DNA from: an uncultured Ignavibacteriales bacterium
GTDB lineage: Bacteria > Zixibacteria > MSB-5A5 > GN15 > FEB-12
Assembly (NCBI GenBank): GCA_964526835.1
Contig: CAZGMK010000008.1
Coordinates: 5,290-69,289, forward strand
Reading direction: 5' to 3'
DNA length: 64,000 nucleotides
Below, piece by piece: positions 9,824 to 17,733 of this stretch. Made by a program: the position numbers and the translations under genes. The notes beneath the pieces were generated by a model. That model did not search any database. It had not been told where the DNA came from and saw only the letters and a program-made list of their open reading frames with translations. Positions within the stretch are counted from its first letter, which is position 1; each line of letters starts with the position of its first letter.

Positions 9824-10551
9824 GCATGGAGTCTGACTCTGATTTACCCGCGTATAAGCGGGTTCTCGTCAAAATCTCCGGAGAGGCTCTCATGGGGCCC
9901 GACAGTTTCGGGCTCCATTGGGAGACTGTCCAGAACATCTGCAGAGACATTCGTCAGGCGCGGGAGCTGGGTGTGGAGATGGGTCTGGTTGTGGGGGGCG
10001 GCAATATTTTCCGCGGCCTGCACGCGGCCGACCGCGGTATGGACCGAGTCACCGCCGACAACATGGGTATGCTCGCCACCGTCATCAATTCCCTGGCGCT
10101 GATGGATAATCTGGAACAGATGGGTATCTATACTCGAGTCATGTCGGCGATCAATATGGAAGCCATCGCGGAGCCGTACATCCGGCGTCGAGCGGTACGC
10201 CACATGGAGAAAGGGCGCCTGGTTATATTCGCCGCCGGAACCGGGAATCCCTATTTCAGCACCGATACCGCCGCCAGTCTTCGAGCCATGGAAATTGACG
10301 CCGATCTGCTGATCAAGGCGACCAACGTAGACGGCGTGTACTCCGAGGATCCTCGGAAGAACCCGGATGCTGAGTTCTGTCGTGAACTTACTTACCACGA
10401 GGTGCTGACCCGGCAGCTCCGGGTGCTGGACTCGACTGCGGTGTCTCTGCTGATGGATAACGCCATCCCGCTGAGGGTTATTGCTCTGACCGAGCCGGGT
10501 AATCTGGCCCGCGCCATCAAGGGAGAGCCGGTGGGGACCCTGATAAGCTGA
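9820..10551 (+). CDS. pyrH: UMP kinase
   Basis: KRVLVKISGEAL and VVGGGNIFRG motifs. The gene order tsf-pyrH-frr is conserved. Confidence 0.95.
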   Translation: MSMESDSDLPAYKRVLVKISGEALMGPDSFGLHWETVQNICRDIRQARELGVEMGLVVGGGNIFRGLHAADRGMDRVTADNMGMLATVINSLALMDNLEQMGIYTRVMSAINMEAIAEPYIRRRAVRHMEKGRLVIFAAGTGNPYFSTDTAASLRAMEIDADLLIKATNVDGVYSEDPRKNPDAEFCRELTYHEVLTRQLRVLDSTAVSLLMDNAIPLRVIALTEPGNLARAIKGEPVGTLIS

Positions 10552-10585
10552 AGGAAATCACTATCTCAGCATAGGAGGCTTAGAT

Positions 10586-11143
10586 ATGCTCGATGCAATC
10601 TACAAAGACACTAAGGAGCGGATGCAGAAGACCATCGAGGCTCTCAACCGAGAATTCGGCGCTATCCGCACCGGCAAAGCCTCGGTCCATCTTCTCGACA
10701 CCGTCCAGGTCGACGCCTACGGCAGCAAGATGCCGATCAATCAACTGGCCACCATCTCCACTCCCGAGCCGAGGCTCCTGGTGGTGCAGGCCTACGACAA
10801 GTCAACTGTCGGCGATATCATCAAGGCCATCCAGGTCGCTGACCTGGGACTGAATCCAGTGCCCGAGGGACAGACCATTCGCATTCCGGTTCCGGCCCTC
10901 AACGAGGAAAGGCGCAAGGAGCTGGTCAGGCTTTGCAAGAACACGGCTGAAGACTCGCGTGTGGCTATCCGAAACATTCGCCGGGACGCCAACGATCAGA
11001 TCAAGCAGGCCCAGAAAGACAAGGATATCTCCGAGGACCTGGAGAAGCGTGGTCTGGACAAGATCCAGGAAATCACCGATGAGCACATCAAGAAAGTTGA
11101 TGAGCTGCTGGAGAAGAAGGAGAAGGACGTCATGGAGGTGTGA
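10586..11143 (+). CDS. frr: Ribosome recycling factor
   Basis: 185 aa, with the motifs F..IRTG.A....LD.V.V.AYG. Confidence 0.95.
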   Translation: MLDAIYKDTKERMQKTIEALNREFGAIRTGKASVHLLDTVQVDAYGSKMPINQLATISTPEPRLLVVQAYDKSTVGDIIKAIQVADLGLNPVPEGQTIRIPVPALNEERRKELVRLCKNTAEDSRVAIRNIRRDANDQIKQAQKDKDISEDLEKRGLDKIQEITDEHIKKVDELLEKKEKDVMEV

Positions 11144-11174
11144 CGCCTGCTGAGACGAATCAGTTCAAATGCAG

Positions 11175-11200
11175 AGGCCCGGAGATATATCTCCGGGCCT
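11175..11200. terminator. Bidirectional hairpin between convergent frr and the CBS gene
   Basis: The perfect palindrome aggcccggagat/atctccggggcct-type stem (aggcccggagatatatctccgggcct) lies between the two stop codons. Confidence 0.6.
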
Positions 11201-11237
11201 TATTGCTGGCAGTCGCCAGCCGTATCCAATCGGCCGA

Positions 11238-11681
11238 CTACTCTTGCGCGCTGAAACCGTCGATGTAGATCCGCAGGTACCGGTTTTCCACTTTCATATG
11301 CTTCATCTGGCGCCGTACGATATCCGTCTGGGATACCAAACCGATCAGTTTCTTTCCATCCATGATGGGGATGTGGCGAATCCAGTTTTCGCTCATCACC
11401 CCGGCGATGTAGTCGATTTCGTCGTCCGTCACGCCCACGATCAATTTCGTCGTCATGAAGTCCTTAACCGGTATTTCAGCAAAATCGGAGCGATGTTCAA
11501 AGATGAGTTTGAATATATCCTTGTCGGACACGATCCCGACCAGATCATCGCCCTTCATAACCGGCAGGCAACTGATCTGATTATCGATCAGAAGGGTCAT
11601 GGCCTCATGAGCCGTTGTCTCCGGCGTGGCTACGATAATCGGACGCGATTCCTTGGCGTCGAGTAAGTCTCGCACGAGCAT
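11238..11681 (-). CDS. CBS-domain pair protein
   Basis: It has two CBS-like repeats (PVM.GDDLVGIVS..DI and IPIMDGKKLIGLVSQTDI). I chose the internal start MLVRDLL at 11681, preceded by aaggag. The longer track ORF (to 11855) would overlap the ilvE start. Confidence 0.8.
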   Translation of the reverse strand: MLVRDLLDAKESRPIIVATPETTAHEAMTLLIDNQISCLPVMKGDDLVGIVSDKDIFKLIFEHRSDFAEIPVKDFMTTKLIVGVTDDEIDYIAGVMSENWIRHIPIMDGKKLIGLVSQTDIVRRQMKHMKVENRYLRIYIDGFSAQE

Positions 11682-11848
11682 CGGCAAGCTCCTTTGTGTC
11701 AGTTCACGTTTGCTGACTCCAAAATAGTGAGCGGTATGGTTGCTGAGCAAGCTTTTTGGCCGCGGCGACCGGACTTGATATTGCCGCTGATTACATGTAT
11801 GTTCCACAGAGTGGAGACTGCGAACGCCCAACCTCGTCAGGAGGACAT

Positions 11849-12793
11849 ATGCCATTCGAAAAGACCAAATTCATCTGGATGAACGGGAAGCTGGTGCCCT
11901 GGGACGATGCCAGGATTCATGTCTTATCGCACGTAGTCCATTACGGCTCGTCGGTCTTCGAGGGGATGCGCACTTATGTTACGCCCAGGGGGACCGTCTG
12001 CTTCAGGCTGAGAGACCACTCGACCCGGCTTAAGAACTCGGCAAAGATTTACCGTATGGACATCCCGTACACTTGCGAGCAGATCGACCAGGCCATTCTC
12101 GACCTGATCGGCGCTAACCAGATAAAGGGCTGCTATGTTCGACCGGTTGCCTTTCGGGGCTATGAATCGCTCGGCGTTGACCCCACGCCATGCCCGGTCG
12201 ACCTGGCCATAGCCACCTGGCCGTGGGGGGCGTATCTGGGCGCCGAGGCATTGGAGAAGGGGGTGGCGGTTTGTTTTTCCTCATGGCAGAGACTGGCCCC
12301 TAATACAATGCCGGCCATGGCCAAGGCGGGCGCCAACTATATGAATAGCCAGTTGATTAAGATGGAAGCCGTCCGGCACGGCTATGCCGAGGGTATTGCG
12401 CTGGACCGCAACGGCTTCGTCTCTGAAGGATCGGCCCAGAACTTGTTCCTCTGGCATAACAACAAGCTGCTCACGCCGCCCCTGACGGCCTCCATCTTGC
12501 CGGGCATCACACGCGATACGGTCATGCAAATCGCTCGCGAAATGGGTCTGGCAGTTGTCGAACAGAACATCGCGCGCGAGATGTGCTATGTGGCTGACGA
12601 GGCCTTCTTCACCGGGTCTGCGGCCGAGATCACGCCGATCAGCAGTATCGACGGGCTCAAGATCGGCGCCGGTCGGGCCGGCCGAATCACCAAGAAGCTG
12701 CAGGCGGCCTTTTTCGATATTGTCGAGGGACGCGCCGAGGACAAGCACAACTGGCTGACCGTCGTGCCCGAGTACAAAGGAGAGGTGGTCTGA
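11849..12793 (+). CDS. ilvE: Branched-chain amino acid aminotransferase (class IV)
   Basis: [37 protein letters not shown] chose the ATG at 11849, which follows aggagga. Confidence 0.9.
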   Translation: MPFEKTKFIWMNGKLVPWDDARIHVLSHVVHYGSSVFEGMRTYVTPRGTVCFRLRDHSTRLKNSAKIYRMDIPYTCEQIDQAILDLIGANQIKGCYVRPVAFRGYESLGVDPTPCPVDLAIATWPWGAYLGAEALEKGVAVCFSSWQRLAPNTMPAMAKAGANYMNSQLIKMEAVRHGYAEGIALDRNGFVSEGSAQNLFLWHNNKLLTPPLTASILPGITRDTVMQIAREMGLAVVEQNIAREMCYVADEAFFTGSAAEITPISSIDGLKIGAGRAGRITKKLQAAFFDIVEGRAEDKHNWLTVVPEYKGEVV

Positions 12794-13233
12794 TGAAAGT
12801 GGCGATCGCGGCCGACCATCGGGGCCTCAAAGTCAAGGACCAGGTAAATGGCATCCTGGAATCACACGGACATGAGGTTGTCGACGTAGGCACCCAGTCA
12901 GAGGACTCGGTGGATTATCCGGACTTCGGTCTGAAGGCCTCGCGGATGGTCGCAAGGGGAGAGGTCGACCGGGCGATCCTGGTCTGCTGGACCGGCAATG
13001 GTATGGGTATAGCGGCTAACAAGGTCAAGGGCGTCAGGGCGGGGATTGCCGTAAATCGCGACATGGCCTACTTCACCCGGCTTCACAATGACGCCAACGT
13101 GCTCGTTCTCGGTTCGAAGTACATCCCTGCTGATAAGCTGGAGGAGGTCGTGATGGCTTTTGTTACAACCGATTTCGAGGGTGGCCGTCATGTGGTCAGG
13201 CTGCAGAAGATCGCTGCGGCCGAAAAGGAATGA
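12793..13233 (+). CDS. rpiB: Ribose-5-phosphate isomerase B
   Basis: 146 aa. [11 protein letters not shown], then DYPDF, then C.TG.G..IAANK is the RpiB/LacAB signature. Confidence 0.92.
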   Translation: MKVAIAADHRGLKVKDQVNGILESHGHEVVDVGTQSEDSVDYPDFGLKASRMVARGEVDRAILVCWTGNGMGIAANKVKGVRAGIAVNRDMAYFTRLHNDANVLVLGSKYIPADKLEEVVMAFVTTDFEGGRHVVRLQKIAAAEKE

Positions 13234-13253
13234 ACTGGAAAGGAGGGATTGGA

Positions 13254-13526
13254 ATGAAATCAAAGCCAGGATACATTGTCTGGATGGCAGCTCTGGCTAC
13301 TATCGTGGCGGTGACTGCCGGCTGTGACAGGTCGTCGGACAACCAGTGCAACACCTTCAGTGTGGAGGCCGGAAGCTTCGAGTCGCTCACCTGGAAGGTG
13401 CATCAGGGCGACGAGTTGTGCCGGTGGCTCGGCTACCGCGACTACTGGGGCGGGTTGTCGGATACAGTTGTGAGGGAGGGCGGTGACGAAGTCCACTACA
13501 TTACCAAGCTAACCTGCTGCAAATAA
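13254..13526 (+). CDS. Small lipoprotein, hypothetical
   Basis: MKSKPGYIVWMAALATIVAVTAGC has a lipobox-like VTAGC. aggaggg lies 6 nt upstream of the ATG at 13254. Confidence 0.55.
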   Translation: MKSKPGYIVWMAALATIVAVTAGCDRSSDNQCNTFSVEAGSFESLTWKVHQGDELCRWLGYRDYWGGLSDTVVREGGDEVHYITKLTCCK

Positions 13527-13544
13527 CGGCCACAGGCCGGCAAC

Positions 13545-13575
13545 AAAAAAGCCCCGCCGTCGGGCGGAGCTTTTC
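13545..13575. terminator. Bidirectional rho-independent terminator (lipoprotein gene / rpmG)
   Basis: aaaaaa-gccccgcc-gtcg-ggcggagc-tttt. A GC stem is flanked by an A-run and a T-run between convergent genes. Confidence 0.75.
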
Positions 13576-13601
13576 GAATTCAGCGATAGTCTCGGCTGGT
13601 G

Positions 13602-13766
13602 TTACCGAGTCTCCTTGAAGGTGACATGCTTGCGCAGGACCGGGTCGTACTTGCGGGTTTCCATACGATCCGGGTGGGTCCGCTTGTTCTTCGTAGTATA
13701 GTAAGTATACGGACTCTCGGTGCTGCGAAGCTTCACCTGAACACGAATCTTGGTCTTCTTGGCCAT
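13602..13766 (-). CDS. rpmG: 50S ribosomal protein L33
   Basis: My hand translation of the minus strand gives [54 protein letters not shown] (54 aa). YTT.KNKR....L.L.KYDP..R.HV.FKE is the L33 signature. It falls below the ORF-track length cutoff. Confidence 0.9.
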   Translation of the reverse strand: MAKKTKIRVQVKLRSTESPYTYYTTKNKRTHPDRMETRKYDPVLRKHVTFKETR

Positions 13767-13840
13767 CTCAAATCCTCTATTCTGTCACTCCGGCCACGGC
13801 CGGAAAAGTCGTTCCTGTGCCGTTTATCGACAAGACACAT

Positions 13841-13869
13841 ATAATACCTAAGGCTTGATAATCTGTCAA
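13841..13869 (-). promoter_or_regulatory. Sigma-70 promoter for rpmG
   Basis: The minus strand reads TTGACA, a 17-nt spacer, then TATTAT, about 75 nt upstream of the rpmG start. Confidence 0.6.
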
Positions 13870-13885
13870 GAAATCAATTGGGGCT

Positions 13886-13907
13886 GTCAAGGCAAAGTAG
13901 AAATGTC
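13886..13907. repeat. Outer 22-nt segment of the left inverted repeat
   Basis: gtcaaggcaaagtagaaatgtc is the exact reverse complement of 16252-16273. About 195 bp (13910-14106) separates it from the rest of the left repeat, and that stretch is absent from the right copy. Confidence 0.85.
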
Positions 13908-13947
13908 GGGTTGGCCGCAAGACAGAAATGTCCTATTTTGTTAGCCG

Positions 13948-13970
13948 GTCAGGATCCTTGCGGCCCTGAC
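13948..13970. repeat. REP-like hairpin, second copy
   Basis: gtcaggatc-cttgc-ggccctgac belongs to the same family as 215-237. It lies inside the 195-bp stretch specific to the left repeat arm. Confidence 0.55.
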
Positions 13971-13997
13971 ATTTCCGCAGTCTGTAGCGGCGAACAA

Positions 13998-14597
13998 TCA
14001 TTCGCCGTTCGGCCATTCCCGACGGACAACACGCCCGGCTCTTTGCGTCCTTGTCGTCGCACCATAAGCTGATTCGTGGCTACGTTCTGAGGCGCTGTTG
14101 GCTTCACCGGGTAGTTCACCGCTGCTGTGGGTAAATCGCCAGTGGTTGCGCTTCGAACACAAATCGGCTTGCGGTAGAGAGGTTGTCATGCCATGCTCAG
14201 TCAGGGATGTTTCGAAGCAGGTTCGACTAGAGGAGTCTCGCTCAACGGATGACCTATGCGGAGTTTGAGAGGCAATAGCGGTGATGGGGCTTTCCCACAG
14301 CAAGCTGTGGGCCACCCAGCGGAGAAACGTCTCATCGTCTCCGTTCATGAGGTTGAACCTGGAGTCGTAGAACACCCAGTCGTCGTCCCAGTCATAGTTG
14401 TTGATGCGGTGTTGCCAGATGTCGCCTGCCGCATCGTCGAAACGGTGATCGGTTGACGGCAGGCTCGAAAGGTCGAAGAGGCGTGCGAGAAACGCCGGCT
14501 CCTCGAGGCGACCGCACCAGTTGACTTTCTCGACGTGGATTGCGTCGATGATGTCGCGTCGAGTGATCTCAGAAATTTGCATGCGCGTGCTTCCCAC
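13998..14597 (-). pseudogene. Truncated or chimeric gene: conserved N-terminal domain (~90 aa) fused in frame to repeat-derived sequence
   Basis: Residues 1-~90 (ITRRDIIDAI..WCGRLEEPAFLARLFDLSSLPSTDHRFDDAAGDIWQHRINNYDWDDDWVFYDSRFNLMNGDDETFLRW) look like a real conserved domain. From 14322 downward the ORF reads through the left repeat copy. The same frame in the right copy hits a stop, so that part is probably not genuine coding sequence. Confidence 0.5.
14107..14322. mobile_element. MITE-like ~215-bp element, left copy
   Basis: It aligns by eye to the reverse complement of 16036-16252, with identical runs of 54 nt (14264-14317), 30 nt and 16 nt. Its two ends are imperfect inverted repeats (gggtagttcaccgctgctgtggg versus the reverse complement gggtggcccacagcttgctgtggg). 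Confidence 0.6.
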
Positions 14598-14611
14598 GTT
14601 GCGGCCTAACG

Positions 14612-15382
14612 TCAGAGTTGAGGCACCCCGTCTTTGCCGCCGTTGCCTCCAGCGACTTGTTCGGCTGTTGTTGTTTGCTTCAGTTCCTTCCTTAACGAGT
14701 AGCTCTTGAAGATTCCAGTCCCATTCACCTTCTGAATTTCATCAGTGATTGGATCAATCGGAACGACTGAATCGGCAAAGCTCGCATAGTAAAGATGAGG
14801 AACTCCGCGCTCGCAGATAAACTCAAGGAGGCTAATGTCGTGCTTCGAGAACTCACCGTCGTAAAAGCCGGCCGATCGGAAATCTGCCTCACTGGGAATG
14901 GTCATTCGGTAGCGCGAGGGATCAGGATTCGGGTGGTTATGCAGAATCGCGATAGCATCTGGCCTGAGCGACCGAATCGCTGACTTGAGTGAGTGATCTC
15001 GAAGAAACGACCACACTTTCGTCCCATCAGGTCCTTTGTTCCACCAGAGGCGCCGAACATGAAGGGAATTGATGAATGCGATGACAATCCACTCATGCTT
15101 CTTGTACTTGAGCAACCCTGCGATGCGAGCAGGCGAATCACGGTAGCCCAAATCACAACCAACAAATTCACCTTGGCTTTTCATAGCTTTCTTCTCGGCG
15201 GCGTCCGCTGGTCGTTGCATAGTCGAAAAGTCGAACTTCCTGAGCGCTCGGATTCTCTGTCGCTTCATTGATAGTGCAAGGATTTCCTGATTGTTCAGTG
15301 GATGGCGGTGCCGATAAACATCAACGGCCCAGATAAGGACGAAGAAAGCTACAACTGCACCGGAGAACCAGAACGCTTCCAT
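14612..15382 (-). CDS. Membrane-anchored JAB/MPN+ (RadC-like) metallopeptidase
   Basis: 256 aa. It has an N-terminal hydrophobic helix (FWFSGAVVAFFVLIWAV). JAMM-like motifs are an upstream Glu (KKHEW), then ILHNHPNPDPSRYRMTIPSEAD (HxH ... SxxD). Confidence 0.65.
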   Translation of the reverse strand: MEAFWFSGAVVAFFVLIWAVDVYRHRHPLNNQEILALSMKRQRIRALRKFDFSTMQRPADAAEKKAMKSQGEFVGCDLGYRDSPARIAGLLKYKKHEWIVIAFINSLHVRRLWWNKGPDGTKVWSFLRDHSLKSAIRSLRPDAIAILHNHPNPDPSRYRMTIPSEADFRSAGFYDGEFSKHDISLLEFICERGVPHLYYASFADSVVPIDPITDEIQKVNGTGIFKSYSLRKELKQTTTAEQVAGGNGGKDGVPQL

Positions 15383-15494
15383 TTCTTATCCTTACGGCTT
15401 CTTACGGCTAAGGGTAGCGGCCCTATGATCGTGGACTGGATTGTTCAGCATGGGCTCTCAATCGTCATTCTGGTGGGTGCCCAACGCTGGAGTT

Positions 15495-15522
15495 AAGCCG
15501 CGGCGCGTAGCGCCGTCGGCTT
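15495..15522 (-). other. Very stable GC hairpin between the 118-aa gene and the JAB gene
   Basis: aagccg-cggcgc-gta-gcgccg-t-cggctt forms a 12-bp stem with one bulge and a triloop. There is no U-tract on the minus strand, so it could be an attenuator, a processing site or a terminator. Confidence 0.5.
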
Positions 15523-15549
15523 GAACGATTTGTTATGTGCACACCCGAA

Positions 15550-15906
15550 TTATTGGATTTGTTTTAGCAGCTTTTCAATGTGTGGCAATAAATGCTTAAT
15601 CCAAGGCCGATTTGTCATATTTTCAAGATCGCTCTCAGAGAATATCTTGCGGGTTATGTCATAGTATTCTTTGTATTCGACCAAAAACCATATGGCAGCT
15701 ATTTGCTCTGACATATTTGGAGTTGACGAACCTTTACGCTTACCAGAAATGACGCCAATAAGATCCATGTAAGTCTTGTACCTACTCTCTTTCAGCTCCC
15801 GATTTCGCGTGTCCAGCCATTTGATAAATGCAAACAACCCCGCAGATACGGCAATAATGAAACCGAGAATGTCCTTATTTTGAGTAATGAAATCTAGAAA
15901 CATCAC
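15550..15906 (-). CDS. Small AT-rich membrane protein, hypothetical
   Basis: 118 aa with one predicted TM helix (ILGFIIAVSAGLFAFI). It is visibly AT-rich compared with its neighbours. I recognise no family. Confidence 0.55.
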   Translation of the reverse strand: MMFLDFITQNKDILGFIIAVSAGLFAFIKWLDTRNRELKESRYKTYMDLIGVISGKRKGSSTPNMSEQIAAIWFLVEYKEYYDITRKIFSESDLENMTNRPWIKHLLPHIEKLLKQIQ

Positions 15907-16035
15907 AGAATCTCAATATTGTGAACCCATAACAATAATTAGATTGATCCGCATAAGATGCCGGATTCCTCGTTTTTGTCCGTATAAGACACCTTCATGA
16001 ACTCTGCAAAAGATGATTTAACCCATTGTGACTCG

Positions 16036-16252
16036 CCGCCGGGTGGCCCACAGCTTGCTGTGGGAAAGCCCCATCACCGCTATTGCCTCTCAAAATCCAC
16101 ATAGGCCATCCGCCCTCTGAGACTCCTCTAGTCGAACCTGCTTCGAAATGTCCCTGTCTGAGCATAGCATGACAACCTCTCTTGCGCAAGCCAATTTGTG
16201 TTCGAAACACAACCGCTGACGATGTACCCACAGCATAGCTGAGAGCTACCGG
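16036..16252. mobile_element. MITE-like ~215-bp element, right copy (inverted relative to 14107-14322)
   Basis: Terminal inverted repeats are ccgggtggcccacagcttgctgtggg (16039-16064) and the reverse complement of cccacagcatagctgagagctaccgg (16227-16252). The inner TIR is itself a hairpin (cccacag-cttg-ctgtggg). There is no conserved reading frame between the copies. Confidence 0.6.
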
Positions 16253-16273
16253 ACATTTCTACTTTGCCTTGAC
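16252..16273. repeat. Outer 22-nt segment of the right inverted repeat
   Basis: gacatttctactttgccttgac is the exact reverse complement of 13886-13907. It ends in an outward-facing TTGACA. Confidence 0.85.
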
Positions 16274-16289
16274 ACGGGTTCTTTGCCGG

Positions 16290-16318
16290 TTGACCACATA
16301 CGGCCATTTGAGTACATT
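16290..16318 (+). promoter_or_regulatory. Candidate sigma-70 promoter for glyA
   Basis: TTGACC, a 17-nt spacer, then TACATT, about 32 nt upstream of the glyA ATG. Confidence 0.45.
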
Positions 16319-16350
16319 GGCCGAAAGTGACTTAGATCGGAGCTGAAGCC

Positions 16351-17607
16351 ATGTCATATGTCAAGCAGGTTGATCCAGAGGTCTACGACGCGATAGTCAA
16401 GGAGACCAACCGCCAGGCCACGAAACTGGAGCTGATCGCCTCTGAGAATTTCGTCAGTGAGGCCGTTCTGGAGGCCATGGGCGGTATCATGACCAACAAG
16501 TACGCCGAAGGATATCCGGGGAAGAGGTACTACGGTGGCTGTGAGTATGTCGATGTCGCCGAGGATCTGGCCCGGGACCGGCTCAAACAGATATTCGGCT
16601 GCGAGCACGCCAATGTACAGCCCCACTCCGGTTCCCAGGCGAACATGGCTGCCTACTTCACGGTGCTGGAGCCGGGCGACAAGGTGATGGGCCTTGATCT
16701 CTCCTGCGGAGGGCATCTTACCCACGGTCATCCCATCAACTTCTCCGGGAAGCTCTACGATTTCACCGGGTATGTGGTCGACAAGGAAACCGAGCAGATC
16801 GATTACGATGAGCTACTGCGTCAGGCCAAGGAGACACGGCCGAAGATGATCGTATCCGGCGCCTCGGCCTATCCCCGGATAATCGACTTTGAGAGATTAC
16901 GTTCCATCTGTGACGAGGTCGATGCTTTCATGATGGTAGATATAGCCCATATCGCCGGACTGGTGGCGGCAGGTGTGCATCCATCGCCGGTGCCCTATGC
17001 TGATTTCGTGACCTCGACCACGCACAAGACACTCCGCGGCCCGCGTGGGGGGGTGGTGATGTGCAAGGAGAAATACGCCGCCGACCTGGATCGCACCGTC
17101 ATGCCCGGCATCCAGGGTGGCCCCCTGATGCATGTCATTGCGGCGAAGGCCGTGAGTTTCAAGGAAGCTCTCAGCGATGAGTTCAGGGCCTACCAGAGAC
17201 AGATTGTGGCCAACGCCAGGGCTCTGGCCCAGGCGCTCATGGACAAGGGCTACCGTCTGGTTTCCGGCGGTACTGATACGCACCTGATGTTAGTTTCCTT
17301 TGTCGATGTGCCCAAGGTTACCGGCAAGAAGGTCGAGAAGGCGCTCGACAAGGCTGGAATAACGGTAAACAAGAACGCCGTACCGTTCGATCCGGAGAAG
17401 CCTTTTGTGACGTCGGGTATCCGTATAGGTACGCCGGCAGTGACCACCCGTGGAATGGCCGAGCCCGAGATGCAGAAGATAGCGGAATTCATCGACCATG
17501 CGATCCAGAATCGCCGCAAGGATGAGGTCCTGGAGAAGATCGCGGAGGATGTGGCCGACCTGTGCACGCAGTTCCCTCTGTACCGTGAGAGGCAGGAGCA
17601 GGTTTAG
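16351..17607 (+). CDS. glyA: Serine hydroxymethyltransferase
   Basis: 418 aa. It contains LIASENF.S..V, YAEGYPG.RYYGG and the PLP-lysine context [12 protein letters not shown]. Confidence 0.97.
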   Translation: MSYVKQVDPEVYDAIVKETNRQATKLELIASENFVSEAVLEAMGGIMTNKYAEGYPGKRYYGGCEYVDVAEDLARDRLKQIFGCEHANVQPHSGSQANMAAYFTVLEPGDKVMGLDLSCGGHLTHGHPINFSGKLYDFTGYVVDKETEQIDYDELLRQAKETRPKMIVSGASAYPRIIDFERLRSICDEVDAFMMVDIAHIAGLVAAGVHPSPVPYADFVTSTTHKTLRGPRGGVVMCKEKYAADLDRTVMPGIQGGPLMHVIAAKAVSFKEALSDEFRAYQRQIVANARALAQALMDKGYRLVSGGTDTHLMLVSFVDVPKVTGKKVEKALDKAGITVNKNAVPFDPEKPFVTSGIRIGTPAVTTRGMAEPEMQKIAEFIDHAIQNRRKDEVLEKIAEDVADLCTQFPLYRERQEQV

Positions 17608-17634
17608 CATCCTTGCCGGCCGGAAGCTTAATGT

Positions 17635-17662
17635 GGCGGGAGCCCGGCGTTCCCGCCTTTTC
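17635..17662 (+). terminator. Rho-independent terminator after glyA
   Basis: Stem ggcggga/tcccgcc with a 9-nt loop, followed by ttttcc. Confidence 0.7.
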
Positions 17663-17733
17663 CGTCGCGATCGGTTGTCTGTCGGCGTTGGGTATAGTAT
17701 ATTCGAGACAGGTCAGAGAAGCTGCGCAAGGAG

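Noticed and set aside
11169-11666. A 165-aa plus-strand ORF opposite the CBS-domain gene.
   Set aside because: It is antisense to a gene with clear tandem CBS motifs, and I recognise no motif in it.
14107-14322. The repeat unit as a known housekeeping RNA (tmRNA, RNase P, SRP or 6S) or a tRNA-like element. The ggttcgact segment resembles a T-loop.
   Set aside because: No flanking T-stem complementarity exists. I could find no match to the conserved cores of those RNAs as I remember them. A covariance-model search is still needed.
13886-16273. The inverted repeats as a diversity-generating retroelement TR/VR pair.
   Set aside because: The differences between copies are scattered, mostly transitions, and not adenine-specific. 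The repeats are non-coding and inverted, and no reverse transcriptase is nearby.
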